Part shown: piece after piece, positions 9,493-19,266 of the stretch
Layout: the number at the start of each line of letters is the position of its first letter
How positions within the stretch are numbered: position 1 is the first letter of the stretch
DNA from: a virus
Lineage: Duplodnaviria; Caudoviricetes
Length of the DNA: 64,000 nucleotides
IMG/VR virus record: IMGVR_UViG_3300009826_000020
Span: 19,019-83,018 of that record
Reading direction: 5' to 3' (one strand)
Translations under genes and position numbers: made by a program
Notes under the pieces: generated by a model
The model's input: only the letters and a program-made list of their open reading frames with translations
What the model was told of the DNA's origin: nothing
Database searches by the model: none

Positions 9493-10097
9493 AGGCGGGA
9501 ACCCGCCTGTGGAGGCGGCAAGAACAGCAAGGGATGGAGCGATTTGGCGGTGTCCAGAACCCACGTTCTGGTGCGAATTGGAACCGAAAAAACGACGGTC
9601 GAACGCCCCGGGAACTCGTTGAATTCAAGCGAACCGACAACACTAGCTCCATTACGCTCAAGCACGCCGACCTCGACGCCCTCTACCGACACGCAGTGGT
9701 CGAGTCTCGCATCCCAGTTCTCTGCTTTGAGCTTCACGGAAGGGATTGGGTCGTACTCCCAGAACCCGACTATCACGAATTGGTTTTTCATCGACCAGAA
9801 TCAACTCATGCAGAACCTCTACGTTCGGGAGCGGCCCGACTGGTTCGACCACGCAAAATGTCTTGGCGTCAACGCCAGCAGCCCGACGAATCTGTTTTAC
9901 GCCGAGGGGCAGCAGAACAACGCCCAGGTACAGGCGGCAAAGGCCGTGTGCAACGGGACGCACCCGGAGCATCCGGGTCGGTGCCCGGTACTGGAGGAGT
10001 GTCTCGACTACGCAATCGAGAACAGCGAGAGGTTCGGAGTCTGGGGCGGGTGCAGCGAAAGGGAACGGCGGCGGATAAAGCGCCAGAGACACCGTGA
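9489..10097 (+). CDS. PD-(D/E)xK Holliday-junction resolvase-like protein (first ~100 aa); C-terminal half overprints whiB
   Basis: EQ...PRSGA...KNDG...LVEFKRT nuclease pattern; GTGA overlaps at both ends. Confidence 0.75.
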   Translation: MKAGTRLWRRQEQQGMERFGGVQNPRSGANWNRKNDGRTPRELVEFKRTDNTSSITLKHADLDALYRHAVVESRIPVLCFELHGRDWVVLPEPDYHELVFHRPESTHAEPLRSGAARLVRPRKMSWRQRQQPDESVLRRGAAEQRPGTGGKGRVQRDAPGASGSVPGTGGVSRLRNREQREVRSLGRVQRKGTAADKAPETP

Positions 10098-10287
10098 AGA
10101 GGCCCTTGAAGCCGGGGACATTATCCCGCTCTCGCCCGGTGACCAACAAAAATCTGAGGAGCCTTCTAGATACGACGAAGCAGGACAGTCGGCTCCTTGG
10201 CGATATTCAGCGCCACTTGTTGCGGCCTGGAGGAGAGAGCGAGCAACGAAACGACGCTCTTCACCCGTCAGCAATTTCGCACTCTGA
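9808..10287 (+). CDS. whiB: WhiB-family Fe-S transcription factor
   Basis: W..AKC...LFY...AKAVC..x10..CPVLEECLDYAI..ERFGVWGGCSERER. Confidence 0.92.
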   Translation: MQNLYVRERPDWFDHAKCLGVNASSPTNLFYAEGQQNNAQVQAAKAVCNGTHPEHPGRCPVLEECLDYAIENSERFGVWGGCSERERRRIKRQRHREEALEAGDIIPLSPGDQQKSEEPSRYDEAGQSAPWRYSAPLVAAWRRERATKRRSSPVSNFAL

Positions 10288-11185
10288 CTGGTGCCCCAGG
10301 GCTTCCTATTACCGGCTGGCCGGTGTCGAGCCTGCTGTTTCGCCCCCATCCACATCCTGGCAACTCCAGATGGTGTTCGATGAGGGGCGGGAGATCCACG
10401 GGAAATGGCAGAAAAGGATCTGGGATATCGGGCGGTTGGCTGGGACTTTCTACTGTGTTGACTGCCACTGGGCTGGGCCTGCTGTAGCTCCTGAGTCCTG
10501 TGGGAGATGCGGTGCCGGTCGAGCCTTTCTCCGGTATCAGGAGGTGCCCCTGCAGGATTCCCAGTTGTCTCTGATAGGCCACGCCGATGGCCTCGATGGC
10601 GAGAGCCTGATCGAGATCAAGTCGGTGGGCCTGGGTACGCTGCGCTTCGAGGCTCCTGACCTGATCGCTGCCCACACCTACCGGTTCAATCTCAATGGAA
10701 AATCTCGAGAATTTCTCGACTACGACGGGCTGTGGGATTCCATCCGCAGGCCTTTCCCGTCTCATATGCGCCAGGGTGACCTGTACTGCTACATGAGCAA
10801 AAAATACAAGGAGGTGATTTACCTCTACGAGTGTAAATGGAATCAACGGGTGAAGGAGTTTGTGATTCACTACCGTGAGGAGCGGATCGCAGATCGATTG
10901 AACTTATGCCGCCAGATCACCGTGGCGTTAAAGGGCGGGAAAATCCCTGTCTGTCCCTTCGGCGGGTGTGCAGATTGTCGACGTTATGAGGAGAAGCATG
11001 GAAGCCGAGGAGGCAGAGTTCTTGTCAGACGGTCGTCGGTTCCTGAAAAGGACACCAATGGACCTGCACGAGAGGCTGGTCAAAATGGTGAACGGCCACC
11101 GTCAAGACGTTTATCGAGACCTCGGGATACAGGAACCTACCAGCCCCCGGTTCGGTTTACCCAAGCTGGAAGAGGACATCGATGA
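10094..11185 (+). CDS. Cas4-like PD-(D/E)xK exonuclease
   Basis: HPSAISHSDWCPR, GREIH, GHADGLDGESLIEIKS, QGDLY, C-terminal CPFGGCADC; internal CxxC...CxxC. Confidence 0.85.
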   Translation: MKRPLKPGTLSRSRPVTNKNLRSLLDTTKQDSRLLGDIQRHLLRPGGESEQRNDALHPSAISHSDWCPRASYYRLAGVEPAVSPPSTSWQLQMVFDEGREIHGKWQKRIWDIGRLAGTFYCVDCHWAGPAVAPESCGRCGAGRAFLRYQEVPLQDSQLSLIGHADGLDGESLIEIKSVGLGTLRFEAPDLIAAHTYRFNLNGKSREFLDYDGLWDSIRRPFPSHMRQGDLYCYMSKKYKEVIYLYECKWNQRVKEFVIHYREERIADRLNLCRQITVALKGGKIPVCPFGGCADCRRYEEKHGSRGGRVLVRRSSVPEKDTNGPAREAGQNGERPPSRRLSRPRDTGTYQPPVRFTQAGRGHR

Positions 11186-11564
11186 CCTGACCGATAAGCA
11201 ACTGATGAACCTGTTCGTGCAGTTCACCCGCTGGACGGACTTCTTCCAGAATCAGCTTGCCATCGAGGAGATTTTCGAGCACCATGCCGAGATGGAGGTG
11301 CGAAAATTGGAGGGTATCTTCCTGACCAGGAACCGCCCTGAGCGGGCGTCAGAGGCCGTTACCTGGGTGCGGGCGCAGATGGAGATGGACCCCGAGATCC
11401 AGCAGGCACGTGATGACCTGAAGATCTTCTACGCCAGGCGCAAGCTCAAGCAGATGCTCTTTGAGGGAGCAGAGCGGGATGCCGCAGTAGTATCACGGGA
11501 ATTAACCCGCCGTACTGATAACAAATCGCCCGGTTACCGGCGGGCAGATCGAGGTGCGCCATGA
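10998..11564 (+). CDS. helical protein, possible UvsY-like recombination mediator
   Basis: GAGGAG RBS before ATG 10998; all-helical; lies in the recombination module. Function is inference. Confidence 0.6.
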   Translation: MEAEEAEFLSDGRRFLKRTPMDLHERLVKMVNGHRQDVYRDLGIQEPTSPRFGLPKLEEDIDDLTDKQLMNLFVQFTRWTDFFQNQLAIEEIFEHHAEMEVRKLEGIFLTRNRPERASEAVTWVRAQMEMDPEIQQARDDLKIFYARRKLKQMLFEGAERDAAVVSRELTRRTDNKSPGYRRADRGAP

Positions 11565-11755
11565 CTACTCCATCAGCATCTTCCAAGGAAGATTGCATTA
11601 AGAGAGCAATCCAGCATCGTGAGGAAGCGCTTCGTTGTGGTCGAGGAGGTTGGGAAAATCTAGACAATGCTGCTATCGTTCATGCCTTACTGGCTATTGA
11701 GGCTCGGCTGGAGCAAATGTATTGGGAAATGCCAAGCCCTGAATCGCTCCTATGA
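11561..11755 (+). CDS. hypothetical protein
   Basis: ATGA overlaps on both sides. Confidence 0.65.
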   Translation: MTTPSASSKEDCIKRAIQHREEALRCGRGGWENLDNAAIVHALLAIEARLEQMYWEMPSPESLL

Positions 11756-12132
11756 GTGAACCGGCTACCAAGTTTGAGCAGGTCCACGCTATCCTGCGCT
11801 GGTTCTCCGAGACAGAGTGTATTGAGTCGCTGTATTGGAACACGGTGCCGGGTGCAATTCTTTTCTGGGTTCAGTGCAACGACATGTTCTGGTGGGGGAC
11901 CGCCGACGCCGAGGACGTGGGGCGTGCGGATATCAAGGATCTGCAAGAGGCTTATCAGGACTTGCAGAAGGTGGACGACAATTTCACCTGTTACGCCCCG
12001 GAATTGTGGGTCGCCCGCAAGCGGGGAATGCGCCCTCAGACGCCATGGTGGGATCGGGAGAGATTCCCTCAAGAGATTAAGGATCTTTTTCTGGCTGCTG
12101 GTCCTCCCCGTGATCGAAAGGAGGAGGGATGA
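11752..12132 (+). CDS. hypothetical protein
   Basis: coupled overlaps; WVQCNDMFWWGTADAE...WVARKRGMRPQ. Confidence 0.75.
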   Translation: MSEPATKFEQVHAILRWFSETECIESLYWNTVPGAILFWVQCNDMFWWGTADAEDVGRADIKDLQEAYQDLQKVDDNFTCYAPELWVARKRGMRPQTPWWDRERFPQEIKDLFLAAGPPRDRKEEG

Positions 12133-12590
12133 TGAGTACTGAACCAGGGCACCGCAGTCCCGCTCAGGTCAAGGCATTGGCTTCACGCTTGGCGGAGGTA
12201 GGACCCTCGATTATTTTTGGAAGTGGAAAAGGTAGAGGTGATGAAGTCACCTCGGTAGTGGTCGATTTAGAAAACGGCAAGAAGGCCCTCGTTTATCCAC
12301 TCGTCCCTCCCGTCGGTGCATCGGACGAGCTACTCCTTCTCTATAGCGCACGGGCGACGGCGAATATTAAGGGTCGCTGTCCTCTTTGCGATGCTGTCAC
12401 TGGTCTGATGGGCCAGGACTCCACTGGCGTTACGGGCGGCGAGATGATGCATGATGCTGACTGCCCTGTAAGTAATGACCTATTCGTCCTTGCTGCCCGT
12501 GCCCACTGGGCAGTTGGTCCTTATGACCGATGCCCCTGTGGTTCGGGTCAGAAGTTCAAGTTCTGCCACAAGACGAGCTTGACACTTTAA
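12129..12590 (+). CDS. SEC-C motif protein
   Basis: C-terminal YDRCPCGSGQKFKFCH. Confidence 0.8.
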   Translation: MMSTEPGHRSPAQVKALASRLAEVGPSIIFGSGKGRGDEVTSVVVDLENGKKALVYPLVPPVGASDELLLLYSARATANIKGRCPLCDAVTGLMGQDSTGVTGGEMMHDADCPVSNDLFVLAARAHWAVGPYDRCPCGSGQKFKFCHKTSLTL

Positions 12591-12608
12591 AGAAACAGAG
12601 GAGCCACG

Positions 12609-12893
12609 ATGACAACGAAAAAGCCCAGCCCTTTTGATGGCCTCTTCATGGAGGACATTCTTGGGGCGATCAGACAGGGGGTTCACGATGCCTTTAGCGA
12701 GAAGCTGAAATATCTCTCGTTGGGGCAGGTAATGAACTCTATCAATGATGGTGTTGACACAGCATTCTCACGTCACTTAATTGGTAACCTCGACGGCTTC
12801 GTGGACAATCACAGTGGGCGTGATGTACTTGAGGACGGTGTTAAAGAAGCAACGGCGGGGTACCTACAGCACTACGGTCACCTACCTCGGTGA
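12609..12893 (+). CDS. hypothetical protein
   Basis: GAGGAG RBS; GTGA overlap with ruvC. Confidence 0.65.
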   Translation: MTTKKPSPFDGLFMEDILGAIRQGVHDAFSEKLKYLSLGQVMNSINDGVDTAFSRHLIGNLDGFVDNHSGRDVLEDGVKEATAGYLQHYGHLPR

Positions 12894-13486
12894 CTGACGT
12901 CTATGTCGGTATTGACCCTGGATCACGAAATTGTGCCCTGGTCGCATGGTCGCCCACCAGAGGTCTTATAACCACCTGGAAGCCCACCGGCACGATGCCC
13001 ACCGGGGTGCTGCGCCTCAAGCGGCTGATGGTGGATATTTCCCAGGAGTTGGGGAAGCTCGACGGGATCCAGAAAATCGCCCTAGAGGCTTACTCTATGG
13101 CCGAGAAATACGGCCAGCACGCCTCCGGTGAGGTGGGAGCGGCTATCAAGCTCACCATCCTCGGCCATTTCAGCTACGACCTGCGGGCATTCCCTGTTCT
13201 GGTCGCTCCGCAGCAACTCAAGAAATTCGTCTCCGGCAATGGCAACACGAAAAAGGAGATGATCCCCAAAGAGGTTTTGAAGCGGTGGGGGATGGATTTC
13301 AACGACACGAATATCGCAGAGGCGTACGTACTCGCCCGGATCGCCCATGCCGTGGATGCCGAACCAGAGATGACCGGGTTCCAGCGGGACGTGGTGAAGG
13401 CCCTGGAGGGTCGCACCGAGGCCCCTCCAGGGGGCTATGAGGGGATGCGGAAGGGAAGACGTAGGCTGGTCCGCATCGGGGCATAG
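12890..13486 (+). CDS. ruvC: RuvC-like Holliday junction resolvase
   Basis: YVGIDPG, IALEAY, LKKFVSGNGNTKKEMI, DTNIAEAYVLA. Confidence 0.88.
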   Translation: MTDVYVGIDPGSRNCALVAWSPTRGLITTWKPTGTMPTGVLRLKRLMVDISQELGKLDGIQKIALEAYSMAEKYGQHASGEVGAAIKLTILGHFSYDLRAFPVLVAPQQLKKFVSGNGNTKKEMIPKEVLKRWGMDFNDTNIAEAYVLARIAHAVDAEPEMTGFQRDVVKALEGRTEAPPGGYEGMRKGRRRLVRIGA

Positions 13487-13496
13487 GCTTGCAGGC

Positions 13497-13967
13497 ATGG
13501 CAGATCCCAGAATGGTCGGTCATGCGATCCGACGCCGGATGGGCGCACCCTCAAGCCATTTGGAAATGGCAGCAGGTGGTGCCTGGTCGCAGCCGCCCAG
13601 TGGCGATGAGGATGTCCCTATTGCAGGAGGAAGGGCTATGGCAGGTAATCATCTGCGGGGTGTTCCTGATGTCTATGAGACCGGCTCCGGTTCCTACGGG
13701 ATGGGATCCGGCCCGCCGCTGGCGGGTGACAATGCTGCCATGGCGAGTGGGGTGAAGGATGGGGTCGACGCCGAGCAGACTGGTCCCAGAGGTCGTTTAT
13801 CGCCCGCAGAATCCGCTGGAGCACGGCTGACCGTATCACCCTCCATGAAATTCCCTGAGCAGTCTCCTGTGCCCACACAGGGGGCTGGGCGGGTGGTGTC
13901 CTCCCCGAATAATCCATCGAGGCAAGGCTCCTTCTCCTTCGGCATGTCGGAGCAGCACGGCGGATGA
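13497..13967 (+). CDS. hypothetical Gly/Pro-rich protein (probably virion-associated)
   Basis: TAGGCT -10 box 7 nt upstream of ATG; ATGA overlap downstream. Confidence 0.7.
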   Translation: MADPRMVGHAIRRRMGAPSSHLEMAAGGAWSQPPSGDEDVPIAGGRAMAGNHLRGVPDVYETGSGSYGMGSGPPLAGDNAAMASGVKDGVDAEQTGPRGRLSPAESAGARLTVSPSMKFPEQSPVPTQGAGRVVSSPNNPSRQGSFSFGMSEQHGG

Positions 13968-14317
13968 GCGATCTGAGCGCAGGTGCCAACCCGAACCCCG
14001 GGGGAGGTAGTGGGTCCACGGGAGTGGCCGGTGCTGGCCAGCAGACCCAGCCCAGGCCCCCTGCTGCCCCCAAGCAGCCGCCCGCTGGGGCTGCTTCTGG
14101 GGTCGCTCCGTTCGCCCTGGGGTCCCAGGGCTATGAGTACGCCGAGCACGTCAACAAGGAGCCGCACGGTCCTACGTACGATATGGTCATGTCGGATATT
14201 TCCGGCGACATAAAGGACCCTCAGGATCCCCACTACCTCGGGGGCCTGCTGCCACCGGCTCGTCCACGCTCCGAGGAGGTCCGTAGCTTCTTCGATGCCA
14301 CGAACGTGATGGGATAA
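13964..14317 (+). CDS. hypothetical protein
   Basis: coupled ORF; TAA-ATG junction with next gene. Confidence 0.7.
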   Translation: MSDLSAGANPNPGGGSGSTGVAGAGQQTQPRPPAAPKQPPAGAASGVAPFALGSQGYEYAEHVNKEPHGPTYDMVMSDISGDIKDPQDPHYLGGLLPPARPRSEEVRSFFDATNVMG

Positions 14318-14827
14318 ATGCCCCAAGGAACCTTCACCCCATTTCAGTATCTGCCCCCGTGGAATTTCGGAGCACCGGGGAATGCCAACACCGTCAGCGG
14401 TGGCGGGGGCATGGGGCCGTTTTTCCGAGACGCTCTGGATGCAAAAAGAGCCGCACACAACCAGACGCCTGACGCTCAGTACCCACCGGGTTATCTCGGG
14501 ACCATAAATACCCGACGCCAGGATCGACTCCTCGACGCCCTGAAGAATCGCCAGAATCAAAGGAGCTACGTCAGGGGTGTGCATAAAGGGGAGCGCATAG
14601 ATCCCGCCGATTACTTCTTCCCCGCCGAGGTGCAGCCCACCGAGGGAATTGAGCGGGGAGAGGCGGCGGTGCCGATTGACTTCGGCAGCCAGTGGCTTGT
14701 CGAGCGCCATGCCCCGAAGCTCGACCTTGTGCCGTCCCTGACGACTAAGCAACAGGTGATGTGGGGGGCGGATCCCGGTATCGGTCGAACCACCCAGCTA
14801 AAGAAGCTGGCCCCACCTTGGAAGTGA
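14318..14827 (+). CDS. hypothetical protein
   Basis: QYPPGYLGTINTRRQDRLL...SYVRGVHKGERID; tight junctions. Confidence 0.75.
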   Translation: MPQGTFTPFQYLPPWNFGAPGNANTVSGGGGMGPFFRDALDAKRAAHNQTPDAQYPPGYLGTINTRRQDRLLDALKNRQNQRSYVRGVHKGERIDPADYFFPAEVQPTEGIERGEAAVPIDFGSQWLVERHAPKLDLVPSLTTKQQVMWGADPGIGRTTQLKKLAPPWK

Positions 14828-14830
14828 AAA

Positions 14831-15184
14831 ATGCCAGACGACGAAAATGGAACAACCTGGGCAGGAGCGCCCGGTACAGAAACGGCACCGGATCAGCAGA
14901 ATCAGCCCCTGAGCGGCAAGCCTCAAGCGAAGCCGGGATTTCTGGGCAAGCTCAGTAACAGTCAGTTCGGTAAAAATCACCCGGGTATCGGTCATGCCAT
15001 GGAGTCGGCCTCGAAGGCGAACTTCTTTCGTCACGCTGGCATGGGCCACGCTTTGCGCTACACCCTGAACCTCCATGGGGAAGCCCCGAAGTACGATGCC
15101 CTGATCAAGCAGCGGATGGATCCACTGAATGGAGTGCAGCCGGGGCTGAATCCGACGCCTTTCCACAGCCCAGAGACGTTCTAG
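14831..15184 (+). CDS. hypothetical protein
   Basis: tight junctions, TAG-ATG into next gene. Confidence 0.65.
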   Translation: MPDDENGTTWAGAPGTETAPDQQNQPLSGKPQAKPGFLGKLSNSQFGKNHPGIGHAMESASKANFFRHAGMGHALRYTLNLHGEAPKYDALIKQRMDPLNGVQPGLNPTPFHSPETF

Positions 15185-15985
15185 ATGGCCTTTGTCCTCG
15201 ATGAGTATTTCCCGTTCGATCCTGGCTTCGGGGCTTCAGCGAATGCCACCCGCTGGCGGAAAATGGCTGCACTGTGGCAGGCGGATGGGGTCATCAGTGG
15301 GCTGACCGCCGGGATCTCGGGTGGTACTCTCACGGTTCAGCCGGGAGCGCTTTTGATCAAGGGCTACTACGGTGAACTTGCTGCGGCCAAGAGCTTTTCG
15401 CCCATAGGGGCCAGTGGCACACTCGTAGCCCAGGCCAATCTGCCGACTGACAACGAGTATATCCAGGTGACTTACCGACCCGGTATCGTTGATTACGGTG
15501 CCGGTGGTTACCAGCAGGACAGCAATGTCTGGGAAATGCCGCTGTGGTTGGTGGATGGTGGCAACCTGATTGATCTGCGAACGCTCCTCACGCCCAGTGG
15601 GCCGGTCTGCTGGTCGGATCAGGTGGTAGGGGCGCAGACGGTGAATGGTGGGGCCACAGTGGATGTCCCGGTGCTGAGCGCACGTATTCCTCATGCTGGC
15701 TGGGCCTTGGTGCAGGGATCGGCTCTGCTCACTTTCACCTCCCAGCAGACGGCTACTTGCTCGATCTACTATGAGACTCCTGCTGGTGGTGAGAACCATG
15801 CCACCTCTACGATTGCCCCAGCGGTAGCTGCCGGAGCAGTACCTGTTTCCATCAGTGGCAGGATGCCCGTTACGTCTGGGCGGAAAATCTTAGGCTGGCG
15901 AGTAGTAGCAGGGTCGGGAGCCGCCGTGTCGATTTCTCAAATGACCGTAACAGCAACGCTGATCAGCGCAGGAGCACAGGGGTAG
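15185..15985 (+). CDS. minor tail protein
   Basis: FPFDPG...RWRKMA N-terminus paralogous to the next gene; beta-rich C-terminus. Confidence 0.7.
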   Translation: MAFVLDEYFPFDPGFGASANATRWRKMAALWQADGVISGLTAGISGGTLTVQPGALLIKGYYGELAAAKSFSPIGASGTLVAQANLPTDNEYIQVTYRPGIVDYGAGGYQQDSNVWEMPLWLVDGGNLIDLRTLLTPSGPVCWSDQVVGAQTVNGGATVDVPVLSARIPHAGWALVQGSALLTFTSQQTATCSIYYETPAGGENHATSTIAPAVAAGAVPVSISGRMPVTSGRKILGWRVVAGSGAAVSISQMTVTATLISAGAQG

Positions 15986-15992
15986 CTGACAC

Positions 15993-16967
15993 ATGACCAT
16001 GCTCGATACCTATATCCCCTTCGATCAGGGTCCCGGTGCTACGGCGACTGCCCCTCGCTGGCGGCAGATGGCCCGGAACTTCTGTGGTTCAGGGGTGATC
16101 CCCGGCTATCTCAACCAGATGACTCCTACATTGGCCGGTACCAACCTCACCATCGCTTCAGGTGGGGTCATGTGTGATGGGATGTACGGGGAAAATGCTG
16201 GCCCGAAGACCTTTGCTGTTTCTGCTGCTGGGATTGCTGTTGCACGCATGGATCCCACGGCGAGGTCGATCTCCTTTGCCTGGCTTGCTAATGCCACCAC
16301 CTATACGCAGAATCTCACGGGTATCTTCGAGGTCCCTATCGCTATGGTGGTGAACAGCGCCCTGGTCGATTTTCGAGAGTGGGCAACCGGTGGGGGTGGA
16401 GTGGGTGGCAGTCATTCAGAAGGGATGATCGGAGAAATACGGGGGTTCGCTTACTCGACTCCTCTCCCTGGTTGGATCGTCTCTGATGGGCGTTACCTTG
16501 ACCGTGCCCAGTACCCGGAACTTTTCGCTAAAATCGGCGTGGTATACGGCTCGACCTCAGCTACTAATTTCCGAATCCCTGAACTCACCGCACGGGTTCC
16601 CTTTGGTGCGAGCGCCAATTATGCCATGGGGACATGGGGTGGGTCTGCGACCGTAACGCTTACTACGGCTCAGATGCCCACCCATAACCATGGCAATACC
16701 GGTAATATTAGTGCGAACCACGTACACCGGAATACAGTACCGACGAGTGGGACAAACGGGGCGACCATCATCAGTTGGTCTGCATCCACAATCCATATCG
16801 CTTACTCGCCAAGTGGTGAGCCGGTCACGATTGACTCATCAGGAACCCAGACCTCTCAGATAGAGAGTGCCAACCACGTTCACGCTACGGCCAATGCCGG
16901 AAGCAGTAATTCCCACGAAAACATGCCGCCCTACATGGTCATTACCTGGATGATCAAGGTGCGGTAA
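15993..16967 (+). CDS. tail fibre protein with tail-collar domain
   Basis: GEIRGFA..PLPGWIVSDGRYLDRAQYPELFAKIG..YG....FRIPEL..RVPFG; HxH repeats; HENMPPY. Confidence 0.88.
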   Translation: MTMLDTYIPFDQGPGATATAPRWRQMARNFCGSGVIPGYLNQMTPTLAGTNLTIASGGVMCDGMYGENAGPKTFAVSAAGIAVARMDPTARSISFAWLANATTYTQNLTGIFEVPIAMVVNSALVDFREWATGGGGVGGSHSEGMIGEIRGFAYSTPLPGWIVSDGRYLDRAQYPELFAKIGVVYGSTSATNFRIPELTARVPFGASANYAMGTWGGSATVTLTTAQMPTHNHGNTGNISANHVHRNTVPTSGTNGATIISWSASTIHIAYSPSGEPVTIDSSGTQTSQIESANHVHATANAGSSNSHENMPPYMVITWMIKVR

Positions 16968-17398
16968 TGACCTTCGTCCAGCCCGCCAATTTTCGCCAGC
17001 TACCCCTCCAGCGGGAGATGGGGCAGCCTTTTCACATCGACGCTGCCGGGTCTGTCGCACATGAATTTGATCCGGCCCGGTGGGCACGTAGTCATATCCT
17101 GGCAATCCTGCTGACGAATCCTGGTGAGCGGGTGATGCGGCCCACCTACGGGGCAGGCCTCCAGCGGCAGTTGTTCGAGAACGATGACTCGGTCATCGAG
17201 ACGCAGTTGAACACGGCTATTCGTCAGCAACTGGCCACCTATGAGCCGAACGTCCAGATCAGCGAGTGCAAATTTGTCTTCACTGCTGATTACTCTGGAG
17301 TCATGGAATTGCAGATCGCCTTCTGGGTGGGGTCGAACCCGTCCCTGCGGACGGTGGCCATCACCATCGATGGCACGGCTATTGAGGTCAGGGTATGA
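16967..17398 (+). CDS. baseplate wedge subunit, gp25/GPW-like
   Basis: ILLTNPGERVMRPTYGAGL..QLFE...YEPNV. Confidence 0.9.
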   Translation: MTFVQPANFRQLPLQREMGQPFHIDAAGSVAHEFDPARWARSHILAILLTNPGERVMRPTYGAGLQRQLFENDDSVIETQLNTAIRQQLATYEPNVQISECKFVFTADYSGVMELQIAFWVGSNPSLRTVAITIDGTAIEVRV

Positions 17399-19266
17399 GT
17401 ACCTCGCCAGTTTCCCTCGGGACGGTCTCGGATATTATCCCGTCCTCGATCATCGTCCCCCCTGTCGATTACACCAGCCGTGATTATGCCTCGCTGGTGA
17501 ACGACATGCTCAACCTGATCCCGAGCTATTTGCCGGAGTGGACCGACCGGTCTCCAGGGGATTTTGGCATCGTGATGCTGGAATTGTTTGCCTACGTGGG
17601 CGACATCCTGAATTTCTACTCAGACCGTATCGCCAATGAGGCGTATATCGGTACAGCCCAGCAGCGGCAGTCGGTGCTGAATATCGCCAACATGCTGGAC
17701 TACACGCCTCATGGCAATGTGGCGGCGAGCGTTGTGCTCAGTTTCACGATCTCCTCGCCCTCGGGTCCTGTCCTTATTCCACAAGGGTCCCAGGTCTCCA
17801 CCATGCTCACGGGTATCAAGGCCACGATCTTCGAGACGGTGGAAGATCTCTGGGTTTATGGGGACGGTATCTCCACCACAAAAGTCATTACCAGTAATGG
17901 TCTGCCGAATCAGACCATTCTGATGGACGATCCTTCACTGCCTTACCCCTCTTACAATTTTACCGGTGGTTCCGAGCATCAATCGGTTTCGGTTGGCGGT
18001 GAGAACTGGCCGATCTCGGCTGGTAATGAATTCCATGGGATCGGGACGGACAAGCTCTACACTGTGATCAACGGTAATACAATCCAGTTCGGAAATGGGA
18101 TCAACGCCGCCATCCCCCCTGCTGGTCAGTCGATAATCGTCACCTTTATACCTGCAGTCCCGGGCACCTACGTGGGTCAGGTCAATGCTCTCCAGGGGGA
18201 GAGCCAGATCGGTGAGGGTATCGGGATCTCTGATGGTACGCCCAACCAGCAATATACCCTCTTCAATACCCCGGTGGTAGACGGCTCGATCCAGGTCTTT
18301 ATCAACGAGGGTGCGACTCCCACCGAGTGGATCTATCACCAGCGGATGATCGATGCCTTCTCCTCAGAGGGCGCATATACCTATGACGTGGACGCCAACG
18401 GTGTCGTCACCATTCGATTCGGGGATGGGATCTCAGGACGCATTCCACCCCAGGGTGTGCTGATTTCTGCCAACTATATGGTCGGTGGTGGGTCTATTGG
18501 CAATGTCGCCGCCCATTCCATCACCCAGATGATGTCCGGCATTACCGGTGTGGTTGCTGTCGACAACCCGGATGCTGCCACAGGTGGAGCCGACCAGGAG
18601 ACCATCGACCACATCCGCATCCACGCTCCCCTGTCGATGTCTGCCATCAACAGGGCCGTGACCCTGGACGACTACGCCGCTCTCACGCTCAACGTCCCGC
18701 AGATCGCCAAGGCCGCAGCCATGTCGACTGCCTACAACCAGGTGAACATTTTCATTCATCCAGCGGGTGATTTTCTTGCCACTGGCCCTGAGGACACCAC
18801 TGGAATAGCTACCCTGACGAGGCGTGTCAATGCTCTCCTGCCCTCGCTGACGAATTCCGGCTACACGGGCTACCTTGACGACAAGAAAATGGTGAGTACG
18901 TCCGTTGTCATTCTGCCTCCGCAGTACGATAATAAAGGCGTGCGCCTGACCGGCTATGTTCCCTGTAATGTCACGGCTACTGTCCAGGTCTTGCCCCAGT
19001 ATCATCAGTCGTCTGTCCGGTCACTGGCAGAAGCGGCCCTTCGTAATCTCTTTCTCTTCTCGGTGGTGGATTTTGGATCTCGAATCACACTATCGAGCGT
19101 CTATCATGCCCTCATGAATGTCGAGGGTGTTGACTACGTCAATGTCAACCTCATGGCCCGCAATGAGGCGGATCAGTCAGCGGCTCCTGCTGACATCGAG
19201 TGTGAGGCGTACGAGATCCCCAGGGCCTACCAGATCAACGTCAACGCCAACGGGGGGGTGTTGTAA
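17395..19266 (+). CDS. baseplate J / gp6-like wedge protein
   Basis: DYTSRDY, WTD..PGDFG.VMLELFAY.GD.L.FY.DR.ANE, RFGDG..GRIP, GGADQET, RAVTLDDY. Confidence 0.92.
   Translation: MSTSPVSLGTVSDIIPSSIIVPPVDYTSRDYASLVNDMLNLIPSYLPEWTDRSPGDFGIVMLELFAYVGDILNFYSDRIANEAYIGTAQQRQSVLNIANMLDYTPHGNVAASVVLSFTISSPSGPVLIPQGSQVSTMLTGIKATIFETVEDLWVYGDGISTTKVITSNGLPNQTILMDDPSLPYPSYNFTGGSEHQSVSVGGENWPISAGNEFHGIGTDKLYTVINGNTIQFGNGINAAIPPAGQSIIVTFIPAVPGTYVGQVNALQGESQIGEGIGISDGTPNQQYTLFNTPVVDGSIQVFINEGATPTEWIYHQRMIDAFSSEGAYTYDVDANGVVTIRFGDGISGRIPPQGVLISANYMVGGGSIGNVAAHSITQMMSGITGVVAVDNPDAATGGADQETIDHIRIHAPLSMSAINRAVTLDDYAALTLNVPQIAKAAAMSTAYNQVNIFIHPAGDFLATGPEDTTGIATLTRRVNALLPSLTNSGYTGYLDDKKMVSTSVVILPPQYDNKGVRLTGYVPCNVTATVQVLPQYHQSSVRSLAEAALRNLFLFSVVDFGSRITLSSVYHALMNVEGVDYVNVNLMARNEADQSAAPADIECEAYEIPRAYQINVNANGGVL

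Noticed and set aside
10094-11185. Cas4-like nuclease as a sign of CRISPR
   Set aside because: No repeat-spacer array or other cas genes; solo Cas4-like exonucleases are common in phage recombination modules
13694-14752. 352-aa minus-strand ORF
   Set aside because: Antisense to three coupled plus-strand genes; no motifs
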